DNA of 57,576 nt, counting the filler, from Basidioascus undulatus (lineage: Eukaryota): NCBI GenBank assembly GCA_000826855.1. It is 3 parts of 3 records of this genome, joined end to end, with 100 filler letters (N's around TTAATTAATTAA, not from the genome) between each part and the next. Parts side by side here need not be neighbours in the genome. Positions count along the whole stretch, not along the records: positions 1 to 19,130 come from JTLS01000432.1; 2 more parts are not named here. One strand, 5' to 3'. The notes under the pieces were generated by a model, which was given only the letters and a program-made list of their open reading frames with translations, was not told the origin of the DNA and made no database searches. The position numbers and the translations under genes were made by a program. Of the stretch, positions 1 to 13,474 are shown in pieces; the stretch's first letter is position 1; each line of letters starts with the position of its first letter.

Positions 1-3000
1 CGCACTCCTCGCTCCTCGCGCCTCCGCCAAACCTCCCCCCCTCGCCCCTCCCGCAGAGCCAGCCGAGCCGGTACTCATCCATCTCGCTCTCCCCCTCTTC
101 CCACCGCCCAAGCCCGAGCGCCCGGCGCGTCTCCGCCCCCGCCCCCACGCACGCACACGCACACGCGTCCCCAGTCCTCCCCTCGACGAGGTTCCACCCA
201 GCCGACCCCTCCTCGCCCATCTTCTCGCCCCACTTCAACTTCGCGCCGCCCCCGTCCCCCGCCTTCACGGGCGACGCGCGCTCGCCCCGCCCGCCTGCCG
301 TACCCCTCTCGAGCAGGCGTACGTCAGCGTCCTTCTACACCCAGCCAGCCGACGACGATGAGTCGGCGTTCGACCTCCCCCCCAGCCCGCCGTTCCCCGC
401 CCGGCCCGAGCCCGTCGTGCACCCCTTGCTTCAGCAGCGGCGCCCTCCCCCACCGGACGCCCTCGCCCCGCTCCGCCCGGCGCTCATCCGGCGCTCCACG
501 GACGCGGAAGACACCCATATCAGCGCCGGGGGCGGTGCCGTCCTCCCGCACCTGCTGCACCACTACGGGTCGGCGCTCCTGCGCCCCGCCCAGCGGCGCG
601 ACTCGGCCGAGACGCTCGTGGGCGACGACAGGCTGCTGGACGAGGACGACCCGCGCGTGACGGGCGAGCGGATCCGGCGGCGGTCGGACACGCCCGGGTG
701 GGAGGCGTACGGCGGGAACGGGAAGAGGCGCGGGAGGGGGAGGAGCGCGAGTCTGTCGGAGGTGGGCGGGGAGATGGGGATCAAGGACTTGGGGGAGAAG
801 GTGCGGGAGGTTACGGGGAGGCATGCGGTCGAGCGTGCGTTCCTTCTTCTGCGCGGTGGCTTTCCGGGTACCGTAGCTAACGTTGGGACGTTGCATTGAC
901 CCACCGCAGAGACGCTCGCGCGCCAAGCGTTCTGCCTGAAGCTCGCCAAAGCGCTCATGGCGCTGGGAGCGCCCTCGCACCGCATCGAGTCCCAACTAAA
1001 CGCGACCGCGCGCGTCTTCGCCCTCCCCGCGCAGTTCGTGCACCTCCCCTCGATCGTCATCGCCTCCTTCGGGGACACCGCCTCCCCCCCTCCCACATCC
1101 TCCACGCACTTCATCAAGGCCCCGGCGTCCTCGTCGCTTGTCCTGGGCAAGCTCCACGACGCGCACCGGATCTACAAGCGCGTAGTGCACGACCAGATGC
1201 GGGTGACGGAAGGGACGCGCGCGCTGGAGGAATTGGTTAAGGAGAAGCCGGTGTATGGGCTTTGGGTGCGCGTGGCGCTGGCGTTCGCGTGCTCGGCGGT
1301 TATTTGTCCCATGGGCTTTGGCGGGAGCTTTGTGGATATGTGGGTCAGCGGCGCGATGGGCGCGCTCCTCGCGTTCTTGCAGCTCTTTGTGGCGGACCGG
1401 AACCCGATGTACTCCAACATCTTCGAGTGCGTCCTTGCCCCACACTCACCCCTCCCTATTCTCAAAGCGCCCCTCGCTGATGCCCCGGTTTCCGTCGCAG
1501 GATCTCCGCAGCGACCGTCATCTCCTTCGTCGCCCGCGCGCTGTCCACGACCAACTACTTCTGCTACCAGGCCATCGCGTCCTCGGGCGTCGTCCTCATC
1601 CTGCCTGGATACGTCATCCGTGCGTGCTGTCCTCTTGTTACCTCGATAAGGTCCGCCTGTTCATGGCTGTGGAGGGGGTGTCGACAGTGTGCGGGTCGCT
1701 CGAGCTCGCGAGCAAGAACATCGTCGCTGGGTCGGTCAAGATCACGTATGCGATCATCTATGTGCGTTGCGAGATTTGTTGTCTTCTTCTTACCCGTGGA
1801 CCGCGTCTCTGACACGTGGTGTGTGGCAACAGGCCTTGTTCCTCGTGCGTGCTGGAGTTCACATCGGCGTCTTTGATTTCGAACTCATATTTTTGTGCTT
1901 TGCAGGGCTTCGGCATCGCGATCGGCTCCGACATTTACTTCCTCTTCGACCCCGTCGCACGGCGGGCGCACGCGGACGAGTCACTGGACAACACGTTCGC
2001 GATCCTCGGCACGTTCCTTCCCGACGCGCACTCCAACTCCTCCTTCTCCTTCTCCGCCTCCGCCTCCGCCTCCTCCGATATACAGTACCTCGAGGGCTCG
2101 TTCTCGTTCACGAACGGAACGCGCTCGTCGCTGCACCAGGGCAACATCATCTGCTTCCGCGACGCCGCGTGGCCGTGGTGGCAGCAGGCGCTCGACCCGC
2201 ACTGGCTCTTCCTCCTTGTCCCGCTGTTCAGCTTATGCCTCTCGCTCTGGAACCTCCAGCCGCTCAGGAGCAAGCAGCTCCCCGTCATGGTCCTCATCGC
2301 CAGCGCTGGCTACGCCGCGAACAGGGCCGCCAACGCGTACATCTTTGAGCGCTCGGACGTCGTCAGCGCCATCGGCGCGTTCGTCATCGGGTGCGGCCTC
2401 CCGTTCATGCTTCTGCGCGCCGCTCACACACTGACTTTACGCCGGTTGATCAGCATCCTCGGGAACCTCTACTCGCGCGTCTTCCGCGGTACCGCCTTCA
2501 CCTCGATGGTCTCTCCGTTGCTTTCGTCAAGTCTCAGCGTCGCCATGCTAATGCCTGCCTCTCACGTGCCCCGCAGGTCACCGGTGTGCTGTTCCTCGTC
2601 CCCGACGGTATCTCGGCCGCAGGCGGCCTCGCGATGACGTACAAGTCGCAGGGCGGCGACTCGTACAGCCGCGGACTGATCATCGGCTTCCGTGTGTGGT
2701 CCCCCGTCTTTCCTGCTCGAGCTTTCGAGAAACTATGCTCATCACCGTCACATACAGGCATGATCCAAGTGTGAGTTTCGTCGCATTTCACATTACGGCT
2801 GCATTCGGTGACCAGAGGCTGATCTATCACTCTGCCCGCCTCTTTCAGCGCCATCGGCATCACCTGCGGCCTGTTTGGAGCGGCGATGGTCGTGTACAGG
2901 TAAGCTCTGCGCTGTGCCTTTTTCGGTAGTCCTTTGAAGCTGACTTGCCCGACAACTCAGCTTTGGTCGGCGAAAGCAAGCTGCGCTGTTCGCGTTCTAA
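1..3000 (+). CDS. Prm10/ThrE (DUF1212) family multi-pass membrane protein, putative threonine/serine exporter; 5' end lies upstream of the window; about 10 introns
   Basis: Frame is open from base 3. Spliced translation has LAKALMALGAPSHRIESQL, LGKLHDAHRIYKRVVHD, ICPMGFGGSFVD, ELASKNIVAGSVK and TGVLFLVPDG, typical of the Prm10/ThrE family. Ends ...AALFAF-TAA at 2998-3000. Confidence 0.85.
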
Positions 3001-3126
3001 CTAGTGGTCCTCCCATTTGCCTCGCTTTCGTAAATTAAGCACACTGGATGCACACGCATTTCCCGGAAACAGAGTTTAGTCTGCAGTCTGCGACATACAG
3101 ACGTGAAATGCTCGACCGCGACAGCG

Positions 3127-3466
3127 TTACTCCATCTCCCGTACCGGTACAGCCTGCTGCACGTCGTGTTTCCACCTAATCAACCCGTCCTCAAAGCGCA
3201 GAATGTCGACGCTCTCCCGCCGCGGTCCCAGCCCGCTGACTACCGTCAACACCCACACGTCGTCGCCCCCTGCAATAGCGCCCTTGACCTCGATCTCGAG
3301 CCTCGCAGGTTGTCCATGGTTAGCGTCGGTGAGGAGCTCCTCGACTCCGGACCCACGTCTCGGCGCCAGTGACGTTTGGGTGGGAGATGTAATTGGCGAC
3401 GGAGGATGGGTGGAGGTAGGTGTTAGCGTTGGAGGTGGTGAGAGTGCCGGAGGACATGGCGGACAT
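3127..3466 (-). CDS. small SnoaL/NTF2-like fold protein (2 exons, possibly internally shortened)
   Basis: ATG at 3466; one intron GTGGGT...GCTAAC...GAG (weak acceptor). Exon 2 LEIEVKGAIAGGDDVWVLTVVSGLGPRRESVDILRFEDGLIRWKHDVQ resembles the beta-strand C-terminus of SnoaL-like proteins. Confidence 0.5.
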
Positions 3467-4178
3467 GAAAGCGATGGCAAGAGCCTTGTTTTGTTCGGGG
3501 GGTTGTGGCGCTGCGACGCATATGCGAGAAACGCGGTAAGATACGTGAAAGACAAGTGGCGGAAATGGGGAGGGCGTGTGCACCTACCTCATATTTTTCG
3601 ATTATGGTACTTTCTGGATCTGGCGTAGAGCGTGGAGCGTGGACTGAACATGAGAGGAAGGTGGAAACAGGTTTGCACCGACTGCCTCGCCTTCTTAAAC
3701 CACCGCTTCAGACTGTGGGCCAGTGTACCGCGGAAACAAAATAGGCGACATACTCTAATTATGGGAACACCTTCACAGCGTTCCTATTGTGGTTTGTGGC
3801 GACACCTGGCCGCGAGCGCGTGGATGTTTCCTGTACCGCGGATAGTTTCCTCCACACCTTTCACCGACTTCGCCGCGTTCGGCATTCAGCCCGTTGGCCG
3901 TGCTGACTGTATTCTGAGATTTCATATATTCCTTTGAACTCTTCCAACAAATACCCGAATTCGATTGTCATCCGGGTAGTTGCATGGCAGTCTGCTGCAA
4001 GCTGCCTGCAGTCTCGACGTCCCGAAACTGTCGCAGCACTTCGTAGATCGCATGTCACTGGATGCTGTTTGTCGAGGACCGCGACGCCCTTGATTTCGGT
4101 GTGCTAATTTCCAGATTTCATCAGTCGCATACCTCATGAGAAGACGAGAATCAGCTTACTTTAGACCCATAATCAAGC

Positions 4179-4743
4179 TCAGCCTTGCCCCCTGCCTTGG
4201 CAAGAGGTACTCCTCATTCCCGACTTCCTTCGCCTTGGGGAACAAAAACCGGGGGTGTGTGGTTTCCCCTCCCCCAGCTGGCGAGGGTGGATGCGCGCAG
4301 TCTGGTGGATCATGAGCGCGGAGATGAAGAGCAGGAAAGTGAGGTGAAGCGAGGGCTCGCCGGCAGCGTGCATGGCGGACTCGATAAGGTCCACGAGGAG
4401 ACGAGGGTTGATGATGATGAACTTGACATCTAAGATACCTATCGGGGTGAATCTCCGAGCCCGACCCAGCGGTGCCTCAAGCAGCGTCGAACGGCGTCCT
4501 CTCCGACTCGCGCGGCTCTCGGTCGAAGTCGTCCTCCGCCTCCTCGTTTGAGCGCAAGCGCCTCGCAAGAGCTTCGAGTCAAACATCACGCTAAAGAGTG
4601 AGGAGGGGATGTTTGAGGTAGATACCCAAAAGCGCGCTCTCTTCGGTCGTGAGCTGAGAGCGAGAGAGATTGTCTAGCGGGGTAGGGATCCGAGTCCGAG
4701 ATGGAGGGGTCTCAATGGGGATCAAGCGAAAGAAGGAAGACAT
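4179..4743 (-). CDS. possible hypothetical protein (2 exons)
   Basis: ATG at 4743 gives MSSFFRLIPIETPPSRTRIPTPLDNLSRSQLTTEESALL; a GT..AG intron can join it to GILDVKFIIINPRLLVDLIESAMH. No recognisable domain. Confidence 0.3.
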
Positions 4744-5160
4744 CTGGAAGACTTATTGGGCGACAATGACGGGCTTTGGGCGAGATCATACTGTAGGCGG
4801 GCGGGGCTTTGGGTGCGTGGTGGTGGAAGACAAGAGGGATATTCAAGATCGCTGCACCACTTGCGTCGCGCCGGGGGAACGCAACATCCGAAACACACCT
4901 CTGGTAATGTGCGTCCCTCAAAAGACTAATTCTTCTGATATAAACGAGATAAACATACGGAAAGAAAGGAAGCGTTGGCAGTGTCACACACGCCAACTCA
5001 CATTTCAGAAGTCAGGTGCGGCAAGGACTTTTGCACCTCAGAGAACTCTTCAAGTGTCGTTGCTAAACTCATTATCTAAGTCACCACTCCCACTCTAGTG
5101 CGACCCCCCGGAAGCCTTCTGCCATGTCTGTGTCCACATCATCACTAAAGTCAGTCGAAC

Positions 5161-6684
5161 TCACGCCCGCCCTTCCCTCATGATCGCCTTCCAACTCACC
5201 TCCCGCTCGTATCCGCATTTAACGAGCGCCCGGCCAATTGTGTAGCTGACGAGATCCTGCCCCTCATGATCCGTGGGGACGAACCACCATCCCATATAAG
5301 CCATACCGTTAATGGCGACGAGCATGTCCCCTACTCCATCGCCGTCCACGTCCTTCTCGCCCGGCTTCTCGCGGTGCTTGGACTCGTCCCGCGGGACAAT
5401 AAACGAGTCGTTCGAGCGGGGGATGAGGTGCATGTGCGAGGTCGTGAGAAGGAGGTTGTACGACGACCGCTTTTGACCGGCGGGCGGGAGGAGGTCGGCA
5501 GGGAGGCGGGAACGGTGCGTGGTGAGGGTGTGAAGTAGGGACTGGCAGGTTTGATTCAGCTTGGTGAACAGCGAGGAGATGGGTATAGTAGAGGGCTCGG
5601 GGATGCGTGCTACGTAGTGGACATGCTGCGTCGAGAGGAGGTGAGGCTTGCCTGCACTTGAAAGAAATCAGCATTGAGTTGAGGTGAGCCTTGAATCAAC
5701 AAGAACAGCGCAACATAACCGAAAAGAAAAACGAACCGGCTGGATCAAGGGACGACTCTCGGGCGAGCTTTTCGAGCGCAGGCGGTTTGCCTTCCCGGAA
5801 AGGGGCAAACTGCAGGTGAAGGTGCGGCTGACTAGCGCCAGCGAGAGGGCCACCACTGTGAATCCGCACATAGACTGGATTGTAAGAAATATATTCCCAA
5901 TGAGAAGCGTAGCGGAGGTTGAATATGAAGACAGTACGCAACTTGAAGAACAGAAGATCTCATCTCCCTTCTCTGCGTACGCCTGCACGATGCGGTACGC
6001 CGTCAGGAGGTCCTTCCCTGACAGATCGCCTGTTTGTGGGCGGAATGATTTCGGTATGAGCATGATGTGCTCTGTTTACAACCACCCAAGGAAAGTTCAT
6101 CAGTGTCAACTTCAGGCTGGGTGGGCGATTAAAGGCTAGAATAGCAAGCCTGCAAACCTACCAGGAACCATCGCGTGCTTGTTGTTCTATCCCGACAGCA
6201 CATAAGCTCAGCGACAGCTAGGAGGGCATGAAAGATCTAGCAGCGACGTACAAGTACAGCATAGTCCCCCATATCGCAAATGAGCTGGCCTTTCGGGTAA
6301 GGCTTGTCGAAAGGGTCTTTGTCGGGCGGGGACGTGAGGTCCGGCGTGTCCCCCGGCGCGTTCGGCTTCTCGTCGAGGTCGGGCATGATGTGGACGATGT
6401 ACTGCATTTGTAGTCCGTTAGTTAGTTTCGCAGTGCCGCAGGAGTGTACAACGTTCTGGAACAAGGAAGGACTGCTGGGCGCGAAGACTGACCTCGAGGT
6501 TGTCCTCCACGATCGAGTATTCCCGCGTGGACTCGTACACAGTGATGTCTCCAGAATCGAGAGAAGACTCTGGGAACCCTTTTCATTAATCGCTGAAGGA
6601 AAGGTTATGAATGCAAATCTTTCTCGCACGATAGCCCTCCGTGACCCGATCGGGGATCGAAGCGTAATCGAAAGTGTCGGCCAT
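5161..6684 (-). CDS. ATP adenylyltransferase / Ap4A phosphorylase (Apa1/Apa2 family, HIT-like)
   Basis: Spliced protein MADTFDYASIPDRV...KDPFDKP...NNKHAMVP...LIPKSFRPQTGDL...GPLAGASQPHLHLQF...HLIPRS...AINGMAYMGWWFV. The HxHxQ motif is diagnostic of Ap4A phosphorylases. Confidence 0.88.
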
Positions 6685-7401
6685 GACTTTAAGCGAGCGA
6701 GAGAACTGTCCAGTGAGTTTTTCGAAGTGAAGGCTAGTAGGGTGTGTTTCGTGGTAGTAGAAGTTAATGAAGGAGGGAAGAAGCGACGTGATGGTCGTTT
6801 TTGCTGTTGGAACGTCACGGCGTCAACGTCATTGCCCAGCTCCGAGGATGCACCAGCTTGGCGGTGGGGCCTATCGTCTCGAAACGAGGCGATCCATTTG
6901 ACGACCAAAACTTTTGAAACTTCCATTGCTCGAGTGTTCACACCATCGAAAAGGGTAAACATGGTCTTCGCACTTCACAACAGCACCTTGAAAACACAAC
7001 ACAGGAACCGCGAACGAGCTGATGTTGAAACATCGGGAAATCCAGTTAGGCCCAACCGGCATAACCAGTAACGCCTGTGGCTCAACGAGACAAATCATGC
7101 CCAATCAGTAACACTTCTGAATGCTTAAAACATTGGGTTATTGAATTTGGCATGACTTTTATCCTGGGGTATCGTTTACCTTACGGGCAGATGCTCACAA
7201 TGCTCAGTTAAAATTTTGCCAAGGACGTGTCACACTGGCTCGAGCTGTAGCATTACGTGCGGCGGAGGCTGCATTTTCACGTCCCTCATAACAACTGTTC
7301 ATATGCATAATGTATTTATGGAGCATTATGGGTCTTTCAACTTAGGCTCTCATGTTGTAGTCCGGCACTCCGGCTGCCCATGAGGGGAGTGTAAGGGGGG
7401 C

Positions 7402-8555
7402 ATGACTGTGCAAAGTCCACGCCTGATAAGGGGGAGGCCCTGAGAGTCAAGTATTGTATGTAACTGGACCGGCCCTATCTCTATAGGCTGTAGGCTGTAC
7501 ATATCAAAAGAGAAAGACAGAAATTGCCCGAAGAGCAGGTAATACCAGGGTGAAGCCGTCGCACGGGCCCTCACCGAGAACAAAAACTTCCGGGTCCGTG
7601 TTGTCCTCCCCAAGCCAGACTCGCCGGCGGCGCTGCAGTTCAAGACGCTCGGGGCAGACGTGTTTCCAAGTGACTTGCTCGACCGGAGCACCCTCACCCA
7701 TGTTCTGGAAAGTGAGTGTAATTCGGCTTCTGTGCAGTAATAGAGGGTCGAACCCACTTCCGATGCAGGCGCCGTCGGTGTCTATCTCGTCACGGTCGGG
7801 GATGAGGTGGCTCAAGGCAAGAATCTGGCGGACGCTGCGAAGGCCGCCGGCGTCAAGCAGCTCGTTTACGGATGCGTGTGATGCACCCTGGAAAGTTAGT
7901 ACGTTTCAAAGATTGACAAGACTTATTTGCCCTCGTCCAACACTTCCACCTCGCTTCCTAACGCTGCTGAGGCTTTGGGCGGGAAGTACACCCTCGTCGC
8001 GACTTCGATGGTGAGCACAGTGCCCAACTTGCAATTGCCCCATGAAAGCAGACGATACCTCTGCTGACCGTTTCCTGCAACAGATAAAGCCGCTGTTCAA
8101 TCTTACACCGAGGGACTGGGCATACCTGCTTTCTTCGTTCATCTTGGCTTTGTGAGTTGCCCAGCATCCTTTTGATACGCAACTGTCACGCTCACTGCAT
8201 CTCAACACCATCGCAGTCTACCCGAATACATTCCGCGCTACCCACCTCCAGCTCGCCAAAGTCTTCGAGCCAGGTAAATTCAACGGCGGGTATTACTCTA
8301 TCCGGAGGCAGACAGCTGACTCCGGGGTCATCAGTTCTGAACGTGCCCGTCAGGGTCAAGCAAGTGCCACTCTCGCGTCCCCAGAAGATGGAGTCTCTCC
8401 GTCCCCAGTTGGAGGAGATTTTCCATTTCATGGACAAGTACGGGTACTTGCCCGGGCGACCGGACCCCGACCCGCAGCTCGTCGAGCTGGGTGTGAAGTT
8501 CTCAAAGGCCGAGGACTTCGCTCGAGCTGTGTTGAAGCCGCATATCTTTTCCTAA
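7402..8555 (+). pseudogene. NmrA-like NAD(P)-binding protein, probably pseudogenised
   Basis: QGEAVARAL...FRVRVV...GADV...GAVGVYLVT...DEVAQGKNLADAAKAAGVKQLVY...SLP is NmrA-like. The GxxG N-terminus is damaged, a 1-nt frameshift occurs at about 7998-8008 (GTCGCGACTTCGATG where V-A-H-F-D is expected), the central part appears missing, and one intron has non-canonical ends. Confidence 0.7.
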
Positions 8556-9679
8556 TTCGTGTATAGCTCGCTCAAGTCTCGCTACCCTTGTAGTCTGAGA
8601 CTTTTATGCAACTTAGTTTTGGGACATCCATGTGAGACGGCAGCAGGTTTGTTCAGTGTTGAGAAGCTGCAGGTCAACCTTCCTGCACTCCTTACCTCAA
8701 TGACACCCACAGTCTCAATGAACCGGGCAGAGCTGGGTCAAAATTTGGAAACGCATAAAAAAAGGCAGAATCTTTCCACAGAATCTTGTCTGGGGACAGC
8801 TTGGACACTTGAAGTGACGATTTCTCGGACGGATGGTCACTGTCGCCTGACAAGGCTACAAACTCGACCCATTATCAAAACCGCACCAACAGGGATCATT
8901 CCATCAAAATATGACATAATGGGGTATGAAGACTGTGAAACAGATTCACGCGCATGCTTGAAAGTGAGAAGATTGCTGTTCTCTCGGTGACCTGGAGGAA
9001 CTTATCAGCGGCCCTCGTACGTCTCCACAGGACGTAGTTTCAAGCTCGGCATCCAGTCAATCTCTTTCCGGAAAGGGTCAAATATTTCATGCTCATTATA
9101 TTTCACTGTGAGGCCAAGTACCGTTTGCCGAAGCGTCGCCTTCTTACATGATGCACACTACGACGCAAAGCTGCTCTTTCTTTCCCTCCAGGACACAAGT
9201 GAGGTCACCTTCCTCCCCCTCTTGATTATGCTAAGATTTCTCACTTCTATTGCGTTCCGGAGGTGAGGACCACATTTTTCTCAGCTGTCTGTGTGTGCAG
9301 CAATCGCTGCGACGAGCTGCGAGCGTGGTTTCCGCGCGCTTGCCGAGGCCTGCCGACACCCGTGCCGGGCTGCCGGCTTGGGCACAGCAGCTGACAGGTG
9401 GATGGAGTATTGTATGTGGGTAGTAAAACCGGATCTTCCCCGCGGCCGTCTCGTCTCCCTTACTCGCCCCTTGTGCGCTAACGCCTTCAAGTTCAACCGG
9501 TTCGACGAGATGCTGGACTTTTGGTCGTCGAGCTCGTGCTTTGCCCATACCATGACCTCGACTTGATCATTCTTGCCGTATACTCACACCACTTGCGAAG
9601 GATCGAGCTCTCCTCTCTCTCGTCTTCGCCAAAGCGTCTTCTCGATCGCGTCCCGCCTGGTCCTCCTCCGGTCCTCAAC

Positions 9680-11944
9680 ATGGTTACGTTTCGAACGACA
9701 ACCGCACCTACCGAGTTCCCCATACCATCCGAGAAGCCATCCCCGTCCAGTACTGTTGTCGAATCGCCTACGCTTTCGCCGCATGCGACCTGGACGCATG
9801 GCGAAGCAGGGCCAGTGCCGCACCAGGACATGGTGGGCGAGAAGCCGGGGTTGAGAGACGCTGATATCGAGTTCCCTGATGGTGGATTGAGAGCTTGGAG
9901 CGTCGTCCTGGGAGGATTCCTGGTTTCGGTGGGAACGTTCGGGATGGTGCGTGCGTCGCCTCAGGGTAGAGCATCATTTGGGAATTGCTGATGGCCAAGG
10001 GAAGAGCAGATTAACGCTTGGGGTGTACGTGCCTCAGCCTTTCGGGAAAGTTCAGTCCTGATACTCAGTTCTATCATGGGGAGCAGGTCTTTCAAACGTA
10101 CTATGCTTCAAACGTGCTCTCCTATAAAAGCACATCCGATATGTGCGTCGCAATTACTTTAGCGTCTTCACGTCTTCTTACATTTGCTTGCCCTTCCTTC
10201 CACAGAGCTTGGATAGGGTCTCTTCAATATCTGGGCATCTTCTTGCCCGGCGTTGTTAGCGGGCGGCTGTTGGATATGGGATACTTTCACTCTCAACTGA
10301 TACCTGCGGCCGTTCTGATCGGTACGTCTTCTCGCATATCCCTCGGCAGGACTTCTGAACCTGACCAAGTGGTATGACTGCAGTGGTATGCCAATTTATT
10401 ATTGCCGAGCTGCCGGAACGGTCGGGCTTCGGCGCGTTCATCGTTGTGCAGGGCCTTCTCGTTGGCGTACGTTCACCCATTAACTCCCCCTGTAACCAGC
10501 TCACGCCTCAACACAAAATCCTACAGTTCTCTGCGGGCTTCGTCTTCAACCCCTCAGTGACGGTCCAAGCGCATGTATGTCTTCTGACGGCGCCCGCGAA
10601 ACGTCTCATCTGCTGACGTCCGCGGCCTTTTCTAAGTGGTGGATGCGCCGCCGCGGCGTTGCCTTCGGCTTTGTGGCTGCTGGCTCATCCGTGGGCGGGA
10701 CCATCTTCCCTATCATGCGAGTAGCATATGCTCAAAACCGAGACAGTACTTGGCTCACGTGCTCAAACTAGGATCCGTCGATTGCTCGACTCTTCTCTGG
10801 GCTTCCGATGGACGCTGCGCGTGATGGGTTTCGTTCTCCTCTTTATCTTCACCCTTGCCTGCTCCGTAAGTGTTTTTCGTGGCAATTTCACGTATATGTT
10901 CGCTCAGTATTGACTCTTCTCTGCATTAGCTCCTCCGCACACGTATTCCGCCTCATCCATCAAAAGGCGGCATCTTCAACTTGGGCGCGTTCAAGGAAGC
11001 ACAGTACACCTTTTACGTTCTCGGGTGCTTTTTGGTTGTGCTAGGCCTTTATACCCGTACGCATTCTCCTCTGCTTGAAGCAAGCGAACCCGCCTGCTGA
11101 ATGGAAACCTATACTGCTTGCGCAGCCCTGACTTACATCGACACAATGGGCGTCGATGTCGGCCTCTCGAGCGACCTCTCCTTCTACCTCATCTCGATCG
11201 CTAATGCCTCGAGTGCGATCGGGCGTATCGTACCCGGCTTCATTTCGGACAAGCAAGTCTGCTCTGTCGAGCTGCCGAAGTGCGAGGGAGATACTGACCA
11301 TCATTTGTAACATTTCCAGGATAGGTCCTCTCAACACACAAGCTCCCCTGACTGCGTTGGCAGGCGTGATGGTGTTCATCTGGCCTGTGTGCAGGTCGCT
11401 GGGAACCCTGATTGTCTTTGCAATCGTACGTTCGTGCTGCAGCGCCCCTCACGTTGGAGAGAGCTCACACCACGCCTGCGATGCTACAGCTTTAGTGCGT
11501 CTTCAAGCAGAGGCTCGATACGAGTGCACCACTGACAGTCATTACTTCAGTGGCATTGCGAACGGCGCATACGTGAGCCTGATCACGACTGTCAACGCGC
11601 AGCTTGGCAGTACAGCGGACATGGGGCGAAGAGTAAGCTTTCCATGTAGCCGACGTCCAATTCAGACACTCACCATGCATTCTCCCTCTCAGTACGGGAT
11701 GTGTATTTCTGCCTCAGCTTTCGCAGCTCTCGCAGGAACGCCCATCTCCGGCGCGATCCTCGGCAAGACCAAGAACTACACGCCGGTCTCTGCCTTCGCC
11801 GGTGCGTCGTTGCCATTTCAGCCGGATCCCTTCGCAGTCTAGCTGATCACTCTTATTTTCGCAGGCTCTGTCATTCTGGCAGGGGTGATCTGTTTCCTCA
11901 TCGCGCGATGGGTAGCATTGGGCCGTTGGTGGGGTCGCTTCTAG
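9680..11944 (+). CDS. MFS monocarboxylate permease (Mch-like), multi-exon
   Basis: EFPDGGLRAWSVVLGGF, INAWGVFQTYY, AWIGSLQ, GRLLDMG, WWMRRRGVAFGFVAAGSSVGGTIFP, GFRWTLR, GRIVPGFISDKIGPLN and GTPISGAIL; ends WWGRF-TAG. Confidence 0.9.
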
Positions 11945-12513
11945 ACTCTCAGGATGGCTTCGCGCCTGTCGTCCTCTTATAGGGCGATCGTATACCCACT
12001 CGCATTTTCATGGGACACCCCCGGGTTAATGCTCGGCTGATCGCTTCTGCGCGCCAGGAGGTTACACGGCAGCCGCCAGGCACAGCTGATAGATTCCGCA
12101 TTCCAACGATCCCCAGCCCTCGCTCACCTATCCGCTTACCACTGAACGCTCTTCCTTCGCTCGCCCGTCCGAGCGACTCGCTGTCCTCATAGCGTTTTCT
12201 ATTGCGATACTTCTTGTGGTATTTTCGGAGGGATCAAATTGGCATACCACAGGCGACTTTCTCTGTCGGTCACACTTTCGTTGGACCGGAAGCATACCGC
12301 CTGCTCAGACTGAGCCTCTTGTCGCTCCTCGATCAGGACTGGGCCCCTGTCTCTCCCACCCGCTTCCGCTTTCGTTCGTTGCTCGGTTTGTTTGAGCTCA
12401 AGCGCGCGTACGCCTATAACTGGGACTCTCGCCCGCCTCTCGTTCTCCCGCCACTTCCATCTTGCACCCACTCCTTCCCAACTACAACCTCACCGTACCA
12501 CTACACGTTTGAG

Positions 12514-13474
12514 ATGCTCCTCTCTCCTCAAGCGCCGTCGACTCCTCAGCATCGCCGCGTCCGTCCGCACCCCATCACCCTCGCGTCGCCGTCCGGCTTC
12601 GTCGCCGGTGCGGGCAGTCCCAGCGGCCTCGCCCTCGACCGTTCGGCGGCGCTCCTCCAGGCGCTCACGCCCCGCTCGCGCGAGTACCGCTTCGCGCAGA
12701 TGCAGGCGTACCGGGACGAGCTCGCTGGGCCCGACAGCAGTGACGGTTGGTTGGTCTGACACTCCATAGGCCAGGCGGCGAGGGGCTCACAGCCGTCGGT
12801 TGGGTAGATGAGTCTGACAACCACCTCGTGCCCAAGTCGGACACGCCGCCTCGTCGTGACGTTCGCGATGTGTTTGGAAGCTCGGTGCGTGCTTTCAAAA
12901 CTGATTCCGTTACCGCGTCCCGCACTTAACACTTTCCGCTCGCCCGTTGTAGCTCATCTCGCCTCCACCTCGCACGCCCACCGCTCCTCGCCTCACGTCG
13001 CGAGAGTTCAGCCCGCTTGTGGCCTCCTTTGGCGCCGCCACGATTGGCACTCCCATGCTCTCGACCGGCTTGAACTCGCCCACGGCCTTCGCCTTCAGCG
13101 TCCCCTCCGCCTCGACCCTCCTCCCGGGCTTCCAGCCCGAGGTCCCGCCGCTCGTGCCGACGCCGCCGACGCCCAGGGACATGCTGCCGCCGACGCCCAT
13201 GCACGTTCGCAAGGAGCACCTCCACCCGCTCCTTGCGGTTGACAGCCCGCGCTGCTGCCCCGGTGCCCCGAGATTCCCTGAGCGCGCGCTCAACTTTCCT
13301 GGCGAGACTGGCTTAGAAGGCGCTGCTGAGCTCATTTGTCCGGCCGAGCAGCAGGGGCAGCTGGTGGATGGATCGCAGCTCGAGGCGGACCCGGTCACGC
13401 CGCAGAGGAGCGCGCCTCGCAGCGGTGGGAATGGCAGGGCGGTGAGCTTCGTCGGGCTGGGCTTGTTTGAGTAG
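12514..13474 (+). CDS. hypothetical Ser/Pro-rich protein
   Basis: ATG at 12514 follows a pyrimidine-rich leader; GC3-rich coding-like exons (MLLSPQAPSTPQHRR...; ...LLPGFQPEVPPLVPTPPTP...) separated by GT-AG introns. No domain recognised. Confidence 0.55.

Noticed and set aside
265..2434. Many long antisense or alternative-frame ORFs (also 23150-24004, 6304-7071 and 37577-38191)
   Set aside because: These are shadows of GC3-rich coding exons with no independent motifs.
8559..9566. ORFs of 90-143 aa between the NmrA-like and MFS genes
   Set aside because: Most have non-ATG starts, and I see no codon bias or motifs; likely promoter or UTR sequence.
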